Both the position numbers and the translations under genes were made by a program. DNA of 63,984 bases, the filler included, from Folioceros fuciformis (taxonomy: Eukaryota), in the NCBI GenBank assembly GCA_049999805.1. It is 13 parts of 13 records of this genome, joined end to end, with 100 filler letters (N's around TTAATTAATTAA, not from the genome) between each part and the next. Parts side by side here need not be neighbours in the genome. Positions count along the whole stretch, not along the records: positions 36,077 to 39,340 come from JBNGIO010003611.1; positions 39,441 to 44,078 come from JBNGIO010003612.1; positions 44,179 to 46,698 come from JBNGIO010003613.1; positions 46,799 to 49,790 come from JBNGIO010003614.1; positions 49,891 to 52,189 come from JBNGIO010003615.1; 8 more parts are not named here. One strand, given 5' to 3'. Positions 37,441 to 51,055 of this stretch are shown piece after piece. The notes below the pieces were generated by a model. It made no database searches, was not told the DNA's origin, and was given only the letters and a program-made list of their open reading frames with translations. Within the stretch, counting starts at the first letter, position 1. The number at the start of each line of letters is the position of its first letter.

Positions 37441-38705
37441 TCTGAGATCAACCCCTTCCCAGGGAATACACGGGTGCGCTCCTGGAGAGGGCATAAGAAC
37501 TCCCCATCCAGGGCCATCAGCCTCCGGCTTTTGTCTGCTAGTAGCATGCTATCTGATCTCCCCATTTCCCTCGCTGCTATCCAGAGCCCAAAGCGCTCGG
37601 CCCCTAACTGGCCACCTTCAACCTCCCCTTACAGGCAAGTGAGTAAGGATGGGGTCGAGAGCACCTGGAGACTGGGTTGTATAGAACCAAACTTCGTTTG
37701 CCAATGGCGGGGGGTCGGGATGTACGCTGTGGGGGGGGGGGGAAATTCTGCCATCTGCTTCCCCGACACATGACCACCCATGATATGGTTTCCCCTTCAA
37801 CCCTGGCGACCCATAGGCATTCCCTGGCTTCCGCAGGAAGGTCACCAAATCCGTGCCTTGTTTAGCCTATACCCAATACCTAGAAATCGCCCCTATCGAC
37901 GCTACGCGCTTCCGCGCACTACACTCTCATGCACACAGCACTGCCTTTGACTTGGTCACCATCGCAACTGCCCGCAGCCGCTCAACCCTCCCCTGCTTCT
38001 AGCTCCCGAATCCCGGGGTGAGGCTGGAAGGCCTTGGTACTTCCTTCACCAGCTTCCCCACCGGCCAGACTTCTGGATCGGACCTGTTGAACAGCATCGG
38101 GCAACCAGCCCGCTGCTCAGGGGAAAAGGTCGAACTGCCTGGATCCCCTGCCTGTAGCGCAACACCTTGCCAACCAGCTTGCCGCCTCGGCCTTCCTACC
38201 CTCTACCTGCCCGCCAACCCAGATGGCCCTGTCAATTTAGCTTGCCTCCCTGCCTGCCGGAATCCGCCAACTTGATCGGACAATTCCTGGATCCCGTCAG
38301 CCTCTGGCTGCCCGCTCCGACTGCCGATTGTGGACAAGTGGCCTGGCTCCGACAGCCGCTGTGCCGCCTGCCGGCTCCCGGATCCTGCAGCTACTGAGCC
38401 GCCTGCTGGCCTCCCGATCCGACCCCGGCTACCTAGCAGCTGACATGTTCGCGTGAGCGTAGAGAAGTGATTAGATTAGATTGAGCGTCACGGGACATGT
38501 CTTGTGAACTTGACTAGGCGACGGTTATTAGTTGTAACCGTCACCTAATCCTCTAACCTTAACCTGAACTAATAAAAGGTAATTAAATATGACCTGTCAC
38601 TCCCACTCAGGTGTAGGGTTAGTGTAGTTAAGATATATATATATATAAACTGCTCTCGCCTATAAACTTAAAGAAAAAGAAACTTAGAATAAGAAACTTA
38701 GAACC

Positions 38706-39340
38706 CTAATCTAAAGAAGTTCGACTCAAAGGGTCGTCTTCATCTTCGTCTTCGTCCTCGCGCGCTGCCACTGCCTTGCCCTTGCCAATTGCTGGATCCG
38801 GAGCTGTACTCCACTTCAGGTCCTTGCCCGACGCGCGGAGCCTGAGCCCAGCTGCGTGTTGGTAGTGCTTCACACGTCCAAGCCCCTTCGTCAAGATATC
38901 TGCGGTCATCAGCTCCGTAGGACAGTATTCCACTCTGACTGTTCCAGCATTCACCACTTCTCTGATGTAGTGGTGCTGGACTTCAACATGTTTGGTGCGC
39001 GCGTGGAACCTGGGATTCATAGTCAGTGCTATCGCACTTTGATTATCACAGAACAGGATCACCGGCAGGGTTTGTGGCACTCCAAGCTCTGTGAGAGCTC
39101 CCACTGTCCAGGTGACCTCCTTGCATGCCTCTGTGAGGCTCTTGTACTCAGCTTCGGTTGAGGACATCGCAATTGTGGGCTGCCTCCTGCTGCTCCAGCC
39201 AATGGCGCCTCCAGCAAGCAAAGTCACATAGCTGGAGATACTCTTCCTGCTATCAGAGTCTCCGGCCCAGTCTGCATCGCTGTAAGCCATCATTTGCAAA
39301 GCTTTGTGTGCTTTTGAACTGTACAGGATGCCCCAGTCCA
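38706..39340 (-). mobile_element. Ty1/Copia pol RNase H end
   Basis: YSDADWAGDSDSRKS, WSSRRQPTIAMSSTEAEY, FCDNQSAI, FHARTKHVEVQHHYIRE, MTADILTKGL. Confidence 0.95.
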
Positions 39341-39440
39341 NNNNNNNNNNNNNNNNNNNNNNNNNNNNNNNNNNNNNNNNNNNNTTAATTAATTAANNNN
39401 NNNNNNNNNNNNNNNNNNNNNNNNNNNNNNNNNNNNNNNN

Positions 39441-40413
39441 GAGAGGTGAAGTCAGAGAGAGAGAGAGACTCCTATAAGATCAGGTGAACCTCTAGGAGGA
39501 GGGAGTCATTCACTTTGGGAGTCATTCTATCTCTTCGTGAGCTCTTGGAGGTCCTCTCTTCATGAGCTCTTGTAGTCTGTCCCTGCTTGGTTTAGGACAT
39601 GTAGTGTGTTGCCGGCTGTGCAACGTCTGGTAGGATCGCAAGCCGCGTGTTGCCGGCTGTGTAGTGTCTGGTAGGATCGCAGGCAGCGTGTTGCCAGCTG
39701 TACAGTGTCTGGTAGGATCACAAGGTGTAAAGACCAGGGTGAAGGGGCTTGCCCCTAGCTCTTGATTGTAAAGGATGTGTCTTTCTCTCGACCTGTCTAC
39801 TCTTATTCCTTGCTTGGACAAGTGCTGTAGGCCGGCCATGTCTCATGGCCTCTGGTAAGGTNNNNNNNNNNNNNNNNNNNNNNNNNNNNNNNNNNNNNNN
39901 NNNNNNNNNNNNNNNNNNNNNNNNNNNNNNNNNNNNNNNNNNNNNNNNNNNNNNNNNNNNNAAGAGGGGAGTGTGTTCCCTTCTTTCTTTTCTTTGGGGT
40001 TAGTCTAGTGACTCTTGCCGGGTAGGAGGAGTAAGTAGGGAAGTGTAGAAGGTAGTGGTGTCATTGTTAGTTGCTGGTGTTGGCGCTGGAGTGAGAGAGT
40101 GAGTGAAGTGAGTGAGGGAAGTCGCAGATCTAAGAGGTTAGGGTCGTTGTAGTGACTGGAGTGAGTTTGTGGGCACCGAGAGAGGTGCAGCTGACCGCCG
40201 GACAGCGAGGCCTGTCCTACGTCTGATCGGAGCTGGAGGGGAGCCCTCGAATCCATCATCGAGTTGATCAAGTCCGACCCTCCATCCACAGCAGCAAGGA
40301 ACCCCATCGCTCCTTCGTGGGAACGAAACCCAATGTCTCAATGACAGTGGGATAAGTGTGGCCACTAAAGGTGGAACCCGTTGGCAATCAGTGCCCGGGG
40401 TTTTGCCTCCACA
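39441..40413 (+). mobile_element. Long-LTR right part ending in ...GCCTCCACA
   Basis: Shared with 34950-35976 and, in reverse, with 52074-52189. Homology stops at CTCCACA (40413). Confidence 0.82.
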
Positions 40414-41302
40414 GTTGCCCAACCGGCTACCTCAGTGGGGTCCACACACTCTCTCTTTCTCCCTCTAACTCACACTTTCTCTCTCTCTCTGTACTCTCTC
40501 TCTACTTACCCCACGTCTTACTTTTCCGGCTTATGCCTCTTTATGGTCGAGATCCGTCGCGGGTCTCTCTCTCTTACTGGTGATCACCCCTTCCTTATGG
40601 CACACACCCCTCCATCCTCTCACATCTACTCACTGCACCTCTCAGGGATCGAAGGCACTCAGTTCACACACACACACACAAACACGAACCTACACATACC
40701 TACCCGACTCTCGATCTGCCGATGCGCTTCCCCCTACACTGCCGCATTCTGCTCACAACCCCAGGCTAGACTCCTCACGTCCGCTCTCGCCTCCCTGTGC
40801 TTCAGTCACATACACACCTATAAACTTCTCTTCACCTCACTGCATCTCGTCACAGCACATAGACACATCTAGTTCTCGTCACACTCTCGCTCCATTTATT
40901 CGCTCGTCAGTCGCGACTACACACCCACGGCGCTCATCCTCACCGCTCCGATTTTACGGTTCCTCAACTCCACAGTCGACTCAATACCAACTCACACAGA
41001 GTCACCCCAATCGTTCAGTTCCACAACTTCTTCATCCAACCTTCGACCATCGCTAGGCTTCCACAAGGTTGGAATGTCTGGCTAGTTTCTTGCTGATTTT
41101 TCCGAGGCCTCAAACTGGCCTCTTGTACACGGTAGTGGCGGTATTCCGCCATAAAGTCTATCAGGAGTCAGTCAGCGCTCTTAAATTCTGAGCGGCTTAG
41201 GTCCAAGCAAAAACAATCTCAAAAAAACTAGTCTAGATTGTAATTACTATCGCCTCTCTCTTTGTCGCTGGTGCCTTCCTCCTGGCCGCCGCGCTCCTCC
41301 CC

Positions 41303-43831
41303 CTACTGGTCCGCCTCTGGCCCTCCAGCCCCGCCACTGGTCAGGCAGTCCTCCCATAGGACCTCCACCTCACTGCTGCTGCTACTGGCCCTCGCTGGCG
41401 GCGGCGCAGGTGGGTCCCGTTGCATGAAATTTCTCTCCTCCCTCCGTTGCCGATTACTAAGGATGAGGACAGGCTCTCCCTCAACCCACCGCTGCGCCTC
41501 CTCCTCCGTCAGTTCCTCCAAGACTGCCTCAGAATAGCAGTGGGGCAGCCCCCATACCCGCCAGTGGTAGTAGTAGATGCCCCTGCGGGTCTTCAATTGT
41601 AGGCCGTAGCCCCGCGTCCCTCCTGTGCCCATACGTACATACAAAAACAGCTTCAGAACTCGGGTTCCCTCCACATAGAGGCCTGGCACATAAAAAGCCT
41701 CCTCCTCATACTGCAGCATAACCTGACCCTCTGTCATAAGGGAGGTGCTTACCCCTTCCTCCCTTGGGCTGCCTGACCCCTGCTCTCCTAGGGTTGCTAC
41801 TGCTTCCCCCAACTCAGTCCGCCTAGTGCGAGTCGCCCTCCTGAAATGCCTGAGCACAGGCGCCTCCGCCCTTATTGCTTCAGCCATCGGGGTCGTGGCT
41901 TCAGCTACCGGCGCCGTACCTCCCCCACCGGTAGCCCCTTCAACTACCTCGGGCGTCGCAAGACTACCCGTAGCCCCCCCGGCTACTGGTGTGGCCATTC
42001 GACTACCGGGAGCCCCTCCGGCTACCGGTTCTGGAACATGACTACCAGTAGCCCCTTCGACTACAGGTTCTGGAACTGGACTACCGGTAGCCCTTTCGGC
42101 TACCGGCACCGTCGTCCGACCATTGCGCCCAGTCTTGCCCTTCCCTTTTACTCGCTCTCTGGCCTCGTCCCGCTCCCGTTTGTACCTGTCCACCAGCTTC
42201 TGGGCTTGTTCCATCGCAGCCATCTCCTGCTCCTGAGCCTTGGCCACCTCCTGCTGTATTTCCAAATTAGTCTCATGGGCTACCCTCACTTGAGCTAAGA
42301 GTGACTCCTATTGCTCCATCAGCGCCTAGATCTTTGGCTTGGCCTGGCGGGCCTCTTCTTTTGCTTGTGCCTCAAGCCCTCACTCAGGACCCGCCGCTCT
42401 TCTTCCAGGAGCTGTCGTGCCGTTTCAGACTTCGCTAGCTGTCTCCAAGCTTCGGACTCCTTTCCTCTTGCCTCTGCCTCCCCACTTCGGGCCTCGGCCT
42501 CCTTCTCCGCCTGCCTGCTTAGCCAAGTCAATGCCCTAGCCACCTGGTCCAACACGTCCGCTTGTGCCTGCACCATGGCTGAGGTTAGTCCTGGCATATC
42601 CACCTCCTGCGACCCCACAGAAGCCATTCCCCTCTTGGTTATCTGCCTCCCCAGCAGCGCTCGTATCTTCTCCAACTCTCCTGCCTGCAACCTATCCACC
42701 TGAGGAATTTTCCTAAAAACATCCTCCCATTCTGGAAAGGCTTCCGGCTCCGGAGCGTGCCTTAATTCACCCCTTCCCTCAGGAGGGGCCACTTCCATCG
42801 CTGGCATCTGCTCCTAGGGTGCTTGTAGTTCCTCTTCGTTTGGTTCCTGCTCTACTAACCCTTGGTCTGGTGGTTCTTGAACAGCTCCCTGCTCCCCCTC
42901 AGCCTGTTCCAGGTCTACCTCCTGTGACGCCGACCCGCTTCCTTTTTCAGACAATCTGACCACTAGCATGTCTCCTCTTGGCGGGAGCCTCTTTCCCTGA
43001 CCTTGCCTTTCTCTTTTGCCTGGCGGGGGTCCCCTCCTCCGAACTATCCGCATCGCCTGACTCCCAGCTGCTGGAGTCGGCTCCCGCTGGCTTGGCGGCT
43101 TCCACTTTACATCTCTTATTGGTCTCCACATGTGTAGTGAGGCGAGCACTTCCAGCTCATACACAAGATTAGCATAGCAGTAGATATGAATTAGAACGGG
43201 AGAAATCATTGAAGGTCGGGGAGAGGACAGGGTTAGATTCTGCCTTTCCTCGTCCATCCTGGCATACAAGATTTTCCCCCAGTCCACCTTGCTCCCCTTG
43301 ATCACCTCGTGCGTGCACAAACAGGAGCATCTAGTTAGACAGATAATCCTGCTTGTGAACTTGCAGGAAACATAGGAACCACCTGGCCAGACCCATCAGT
43401 TGAGGGTTGGCCATGTTGCGGACTAGCCACCCGTTGGCTTCCTTTTTGGTGCCTGGTTTGAGTAGCCCTTCGGCCTCCGCCGTGCCACCTCGTTTTTTCA
43501 GGGATTCCAGCACCAGTCCTCCCTCCTCCTGCTAGTCGCGGCCATACACTCGCCTTACCAGCTCCAAGTTCCATGCCTAGGGTCTCCCGCGAATTCCCTC
43601 TTCTCGGACAGGCTCTCTCATTTTCAGGGCGTACTCCCTAACCAGCTGCGGCGCCGCATGATTCCACCTCTGGGTCATGGACCTGAGGCCTAGTTCTCCG
43701 ACCAGTCCTCCGGATCTGACCTTCCAGTGCTCCATGTGGGGCCACACGAGCACGTCAATCCTTGGTACAGGGGAGTCTCTATCCTGCTCAGGTACCGTTA
43801 CTCCCGGTAGCAACTCTGGCCGTGACCTCAT
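41303..43831 (-). mobile_element. Broken accessory ORF, probably from a Gypsy-type retrotransposon
   Basis: Five consecutive same-strand ORFs are separated by stops and frameshifts. They contain a VDWGKILY..SPVLIHIY motif, E/R/A-rich coiled-coil segments and a 13-aa (39-bp) repeat at about 41895-42105, and lie next to LTR sequence. Confidence 0.6.
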
Positions 43832-45299
43832 CCTGCCTGATTCTTCCCCGTAATCTGAACCCTGTTGCCCTCCTGCGCCTGTGGTCGCCGGCGCTCTCCA
43901 CCCGCTTTGCTGTAATGCCTAAGCTTCCGCTCCCCTCCGGCTATCGTCGCGCTTCACGACTACTCTCACTCCTGCTCCAACTCGCGAAAGTTTCTGCCTC
44001 GATTACTGCCCAGGTCCTCCCCTTATTCACCCTAGGGTTTTATGCTGCCGTTCCCGTTCCACTACCACTGGTTGGGCTNNNNNNNNNNNNNNNNNNNNNN
44101 NNNNNNNNNNNNNNNNNNNNNNTTAATTAATTAANNNNNNNNNNNNNNNNNNNNNNNNNNNNNNNNNNNNNNNNNNNNACAAGAAAAAACGTTTTGTTTT
44201 CTATTTTTGCAACAAAATTTGGATATTGTTGTATATATATGTTAAAATACTAAACATTATGTATGTATAAACAAATATTATATTTATCATTTATATTGAT
44301 AAATATAAATATATTGTAGCTGATAGTTTTTAAAAAGCATGGTGCTTTGTCTTCTTTTTCTTTTGTGTAAATTCATCTTTACACTCCTCCTCGACAGCAC
44401 ATTAGTTAACTTTAACTTTTTATACTTATAAAATTTTATTTACATAAAAAATATCGTTAATAGAATGAAACTGAATTGTTCTTCTTATATTTTTATAAAT
44501 GAAATTTAGATTATCTCATATTCATAAGATATATTTTGAATTATACGACGACTNNNNNNNNNNNNNNNNNNNNNNNNNNNNNNNNNNNNNNNNNNNNNNN
44601 NNNNNNNNNNNNNNNNNNNNNNNNNNNNNNNNNNNNNNNNNNNNNNNNNNNNNCTTTTCATTTTTCACTATAGCTCTTCTCTATAAGATTCACGAATCCA
44701 AGGCCTATTATCCATATTACATTGTCAACATCTCTACATCAAAAAAAGCTATATGCATGCACCATACTAAGGTTTTTGAACTTTATAGTGAGGATGGTAG
44801 TAAAACTCATTAACTCTCAGTTAAGAGTAGATTCTTTTTTATTGTAAAGAGTATTTTCTTTATTCCAAACTTGTCCAAACATACATAAGGAAGGGATTAT
44901 TAATCCGAGCTGCCCCTCGCAGCTACTCTATTGATGCAAATCAAACTTCCATTGGTGGGGAAGGGGAGAGGACAAGAAAGTGACGAGAACCTCCCTTTCT
45001 AACACTTAGGTCATTAGCGATCTACTTGTCCATGATGTTGAGATGATAATATCCTTTCAACAAGGTTTTCGGTCTCCTGAATTAGAAAGTATAAAGAACC
45101 TTTCCTAAAAATTGATTCTTTCCACATGTTCTACGTAAGGGTAATGATATAGAACTATCATAGGTATAGTACTTAACAAGTATGGTACTAGTATTGTTTT
45201 CCTAGTAACTATTGATACACAGTCAAGGAGGACATATAGCTGAGTAAAATTAGGTACCTCCTTACTTGTATAGCAACCCCCTTGGACTACTTGCTTTGC

Positions 45300-46450
45300 T
45301 CACACCAATGCTTGTTGGACACCGACGTCTAGCCCTTCCAAAACCCAACTTTAGGAGGTCTTCAAGAGGATATGCCAAAGCCCCGCTATAGCTTGCGAAA
45401 TACCTTCCATAGATTATGGAAACTCAACAATGATTGTCGATCCTATAGTTCTAATTATCTTTGAAGCGTTGTAGGTAATAAAATGTTGCATAGCAAAGAA
45501 AAATAAAACGTTGGACATATACTTCTGTGGTAGGAGCCTAAACATTAGCATGGCCTTATACCCATAGACTAAGGACTTCACCTCTTTGCAATGGAAGAAT
45601 ATTAATCCACCTTAAACTGTACTTTACTACATACTAGTTCCAGACAAAGGTTTGGCAGGAGATATAAATGCCAAGTCCTTTTTGTTAACATGAGCTTGGA
45701 AAGCAAATAAGTGGCCAATGTTCTACACCCCCTAGCAAATAGTCCTTACACTCCTGAATTTAGCCAGTAGAAGAGCTTTCCATGGATATGGCTTTGAATT
45801 GAAAGTTTCAATGATCCATTGGCGATGTAAGGCTTCGCAGAGCCTTGCAAATGGGATCAACTAAGCCTATGCCTTTGTCCATTTGATTTTGAATCATCCT
45901 GTAACAATTGTAAGTAGCTTGAGTTTCTCTTTAGGTGAGTTCAATTGGTCATTTCCAAACAAAGTTAGAGATGATTTTTTAAAGCCGTTTGATCTCGCTT
46001 CTAGTAGGGGACCATATAAACATGCTTTTCTATATTGACATCAGAATAATCTTGGTGCCCAACGTGAGCTATACTATGTGTAAGGTATTAGCCATTCAAA
46101 TGAAACAAGTGCAAATTTGTCTTCTAATTTCTAAATTTGAATCCCTTTCTACACGGGCATACCTAGATATCAATGCCAACAACGTAGACCAAAATGGACC
46201 ACCGACATCTATCATTGAAGCTGCGCAGGAAGGACTTGTGGACTTCTAACACTTTACTTAATGATCCTTCAAAAATTTGATAAAGTAGCTTAGGCTAAAG
46301 AATCTCTAGTCTTATAAGTTATTACCATTGCACTCCCAATATCTCGGACATTGTTTTATCAATGTTGAAGGCTGTAATGGCCTATTTACTAATGTTTTTT
46401 TTTCTTGTAGTATGATGATCTTTTATACCACATGCACGTACTTGGAAAGC
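45300..46450 (-). mobile_element. Highly degenerate LINE ORF2 C-terminal remnant
   Basis: Minus-strand fragments GIGLVDP..RQWII and IFFHCK resemble the L1 GGLGLxD and zf-RVT HxFFxC motifs, with many stops. Boundaries are approximate. Confidence 0.45.
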
Positions 46451-46798
46451 TTTAACATCCTTTGATCTAGCACTTCGGGGCAGTGGTGTGGAAGGATGCT
46501 TGAACAAAATCTAGCGATAACAAGGGAGCTAGGATATGAGCCTTAAATAGCTATCACTTTGCAAACTAGTAAAACATTGTTCACGATATATTTTCCCTTC
46601 ACAAAATTAGACTACTCATGTCAAAGCAGTGATCAAAACCTTTTGCCGGCATAGGAACGTGAACCGTAAAGGCCACGGCCGTAAGCGGGAAGCCAACTNN
46701 NNNNNNNNNNNNNNNNNNNNNNNNNNNNNNNNNNNNNNNNNNTTAATTAATTAANNNNNNNNNNNNNNNNNNNNNNNNNNNNNNNNNNNNNNNNNNNN

Positions 46799-47314
46799 AT
46801 TTTCGGGATCTTCAAGAAAAAGTTCATCTAACACCAAATTTAGACCATCCTCCAAATCATTTAGATAGACTTGGTCTACTACCAACCCTTGTTGCCCGAA
46901 GCTAGATCTTAATCCCAAAAAGAACTCACTTAATATCGAACCTATACGATCATCCAAATCTTCAGCATCATGTACCAAGAGTTCCTCCAATGCGGAGCTT
47001 AGAAGATGCCTTAAATTTTCAAGATCTTCATTGAAGAGTTGATAATTTGCCAAACCTAGACCATCATTTGAATTTTCAAGATCATATGAGGTAGGTCTTG
47101 ATTCCATATGTCCTTCATGTAACGGTCTTCTACATATAGGGCATGAATCTTTACCACACCTTATCCACTCATTAATACAAACCTTGTGAAATTTATGTTT
47201 GCACGGCATCATTTCTATAAGATTAAAATTTTTCATATCTAATAAACAAATACTGCAATCCTCATCATCATCTTCTTTTCTTTGGCGGTCATCATGGTTA
47301 CCCTTTGCATCCAT
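46799..47314 (-). CDS. RING-H2 zinc-finger protein (3' truncated by spacer)
   Basis: MDAKG..CSIC..PCKHKFHKVCINEW..CPICR followed by acidic helical segments. A TATA-like tatataaa lies at about 47704-47711 and a 5'UTR intron at 47603-47346. Confidence 0.8.
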
Positions 47315-47397
47315 TGTGGGTGAAGATTTTATGGCAATACTTTTTCTGAATAACAATAACTTGTTAGCATCAAAGAAAAAAAGAAAATTATGACTAA

Positions 47398-47599
47398 ACA
47401 CCACTAATTCATTCCCCCCAAAGAAAACCATAGTCGTAAATACCACCAATTCATTCCCGCCAAAGAAAACCATAGTCGCAAACACCACTAATTCATTCCC
47501 GCAAAAGAGAACCATAATCGTAAACATCATCAATTCATTTCCCCCAAAGAAGACCATAGTCGTAAACACCATCGATTTGTTCCCACCAAAGAGAACCAC
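47398..47599. repeat. 42-bp minisatellite, about 5 copies, inside the 5'UTR intron
   Basis: The unit aaacaccactaattcattcccgccaaagaaaaccatagtcgt repeats with substitutions. Confidence 0.9.
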
Positions 47600-48287
47600 T
47601 TACCTTGTAGCGTAGTAGCAACGAGCTCTCACAGTGCACTTCCTTATGGAATGGGAGCTCCAACGGACATACACACAAAATAAGCTTGGAACTCCGTCTA
47701 GGGGTTTATATAGGTATAAAATAATAAATTATTGTTTTAAAGAAGATTTGGTAAACTCAAAGTTCACACATTAGGTATTGTANNNNNNNNNNAAAGAAGA
47801 TTTGGTAAACTCAAAGTTCACACATTAGGTATTGTAATTGTCATATTCAAAGAATCTTAAAGAGCCTTTTAGCATCTAGACTCCTCAACACTTTAAGCAC
47901 CTATGTGTCATCTACATTTCAATACATATATATATATATGTGGAACATAGAATTTTAGGCCAATGTTCCAATTTTGGTACAATGTGTACAAATGCGGCTA
48001 GTATAGGGAAGGTTGGTTCCTTCCTATTTAGTTTTCTTTTTATTTTCTATTTTTATTTTTCAACGGCTATATATGTAAGTGGGGTGTTCACGCATGGTAA
48101 GGAGAAGCATTTGTCCGAGGATAATGAGTTTGATAGATTTGTCTGGGAGACAGAAGTGACAAGGATCTGTCCGAGGGGTAGAAGTGGGATGGATCTGTTA
48201 GGGGGATAGAGGTGGTATGGTACCAAACCATCAGGTTTGGTGAGAGGTCCGGGTGAGGGACCTACTAAACCAGGCTGCAGGCAAGCA

Positions 48288-49790
48288 TGTGAAGTGAAAT
48301 CTTGTGTCCAGAGACACCGTGAGGTCCACATTCACCCTCTATGTCGTTGTAGTCGTATGATTCGCTCCCAAAGGAATGATTTGTGCCAAGGAACGCTAAC
48401 TTCTATCACTACTGACCCTTACCGAAGTTAGCACTAACCTGCTACCGCTACTACTAAACAGCTCAACTACTACTACCCCCAGTTAAACCAGCTACTGCGA
48501 ACCCTAGTCTACGACTCCGGTTCCCACTCCACGATTGCGGTCGTTGTTTCTGCAACCAATAGTTGTTTCCACGATCGTGATGGGACCCACCCAAAACCGT
48601 AACTAATATTTTCCTGGTGCACGTAGCGCCGTGGGTTTCTACCACGGGTTTCTGCCCATGGGCTTCCAGACTCACAGATCTGGTCTTATTGGATGCTCTC
48701 CACACATGCAAATGCCGACTCTTGGGAAACAAGACTCCGTGAATCAACCACACTCCTTCACACACACATGTAAGACTCTCCACACATGCAAAACACACAA
48801 GAGCTATGGTTCACACTTGTTTCTCACAAGCCTGATTCCACATGTCTTCAATCTTCCAGCAATGTCCACAAATCTCCAGTAATCACTCAGTAATCCTCCA
48901 CAATCTCCATCAATCTTCCTCAATCTCTCAGCATTCCTCTTCAATCTCCAACGATCTTGCAGCAATCTTCCACAATCTTTCTCAATCTCTCAGCATTCCT
49001 CTTCAGTTAGTTATAGTTAGTTCTTCTCCTCAATCTCAATCTCCTACCTCTCACCTCACATCGCATTCAGTGATCAGCCACACTTCTCCTCTCTTGCCTC
49101 ACACCTCGCATCGCGTTTAGTGTTGGGCCACTCTTCTCTCTTTCTCTTCTCAACTCACTCATACAATGTCTTCACACACCCCTCAACCTTCTTCTTCACA
49201 CACACTTCCACACTCAGAATTTTGGAACACAGCCAGCAGTTCAGGGAATAAGCGAAGGGAAAGCTTCTGGACGATGCAGCAAGCGTTACGAGCAAGCTCT
49301 AGACCCGCCCCGTGCCAATCCTTCAGCTCCTCTCTCGTTGTCAGCAAAACTTGCTCATTCGTCCCCCTCACCACCAGCTACGGAGCAAAGCTCTCGACCA
49401 CCCCAGGAGCTTCTCGCACACACTATCCACCCAACCCAAACGTCTCCAATCCAGGCACAGGCAATGCGGGGATCTCAATTGGGAAGTTGTATCACACACT
49501 CCAAATTTTGGAACACAGCTAGCAGTTTAGGGAATGAGGTAGGGAGGAGATTTTGGACGTCACAACAGGTGTTACGAGCAAGCTCTAGACCTGCCCCGCG
49601 AGAATCCTTCAGCACTTCTTCCCTTGTTAGCAAAACTTGCCCAATCATCCCCCTCGCCACCAGCCGCAAAGCAACGCTCTCGACCACCCCTAGGAGCTTC
49701 TCGCACACACTACCCACCCAGGCAGCATGGGGATCTCAATCGAGAAGTTGTCTAATTAGAGAGGCACCAACAGGCCTCTTTATACAAAGT
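48288..49790 (-). mobile_element. Diverged long-LTR terminus and pyrimidine-rich body
   Basis: TGTGAAGTGA..gtcgttgtagtcgtatgattcgctcccaaagga..gtgccaaggaac matches the reverse complement of 50945-51055 and 60717-60813. There is an internal duplication of about 300 bp (49195-49750). Confidence 0.7.
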
Positions 49791-49890
49791 NNNNNNNNNN
49801 NNNNNNNNNNNNNNNNNNNNNNNNNNNNNNNNNNTTAATTAATTAANNNNNNNNNNNNNNNNNNNNNNNNNNNNNNNNNNNNNNNNNNNN

Positions 49891-51055
49891 GGGTCAGGGG
49901 TCTTGGCCAGCAGAGTGGAGGGAGGGACCTGAGGGCGGAGGGGGTTGATTGATGGTAGGGGCAACTAGTGTCCAGGAGGTAGCGGGCAATTAGGGTTAGG
50001 ATGAGGTTAGCATTAGGCTTGGTTTAGGTGGGGTTAGGATTAGGTCATAATTAGGGTTAGGTTAGAGTTAGGTTTAGGTCAGAGTTAGGGGCGGCTTAGG
50101 TTAGAGTTAGGGATAGGCTTAGGTCCGAGAGAGAGACTATTGGCNNNNNNNNNNNNNNNNNNNNNNNNNNNNNNNNNNNNNNNNNNNNNNNNNNNNNNNN
50201 NNNNNNNNNNNNNNNNNNNNNNNNNNNNNNNNNNNNNNNNNNNNGAGAGAGAGACTATTGGCAGCGGACTGAGGCTAACCCTAGTAGACAGAGATGGGGG
50301 TCCTGGGCTAGGGTAGTATAAGGGGCCAGATCTGCTATTGAGGAGGGGCGGTCTACGGTGTGATGTCCCCAGACCTTGTGTGCAGAACTCCTGGCTTAGG
50401 GCGCTGAGCTGGTTGAGACCGAACCGAGGTCCTGATTTCCCTTGCCACTAGGAGAATGTGGAGATCCCAAGGCTGTCAAGATCCGTGTGGCCGGATCCGC
50501 AAGGGCTAAATGATTCGCAGGCTGGCTGAAGTGAAGGAACAGGACCGTGAGCTGGAGGGCTATCCAGTCCTAGTATCCACACTATGCTTGAAGGCTGCAG
50601 GGAGTGAAACCATTGTGTCCCAATTTCCAGGGGGCAACTGAAGAAGAGAGGGAGAGTTGGAGTGAAATGCATAGAAGTGAAGAGTGAGATGCTGAAGTGC
50701 AGGAGTGTGTGTTGAAGTGAAGGGTGGAGGACTGAAGTGAAGAGAAAGGGACTGAAGCGGGAATCTTGAAGAGCTGAGGTGAAGGAGAAAGGGCTGAAGT
50801 GGGAATCATGAAGAGCTGAAGGACTGAAGAACAGGGGTGTGAGTTGTGTGAGCTGACTTGGGGGATAGGCTAGGCTTCTAGCCTTCTTGTTGTGAGTGTA
50901 TGGTCAGGCCTATAGACCGGCTAATAGGTAGAAGTGTGATAGGTAGTGTTCCTTGGCACTAGTTCACTCCCTTGGGAGCGAACCATAAGACTGCAACGAC
51001 AATAAGGGGATGTGTGGCCCTTGGGTGGTACTTGGGTGCAAGAAATCACTCCACA
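49891..51055 (+). mobile_element. Long-LTR right part ending in ...CACTCCACA, with TTAGG array
   Basis: Collinear with about 59590-60813; TTAGG array at 49990-50125. Confidence 0.85.

Noticed and set aside
47315-47599. Hydrophobic MVFFGGNELVVFTT repeat as the N-terminus of the RING protein
   Set aside because: It falls inside a well-formed GTAAGT...branch...AG intron and the ORF begins at a non-ATG codon.
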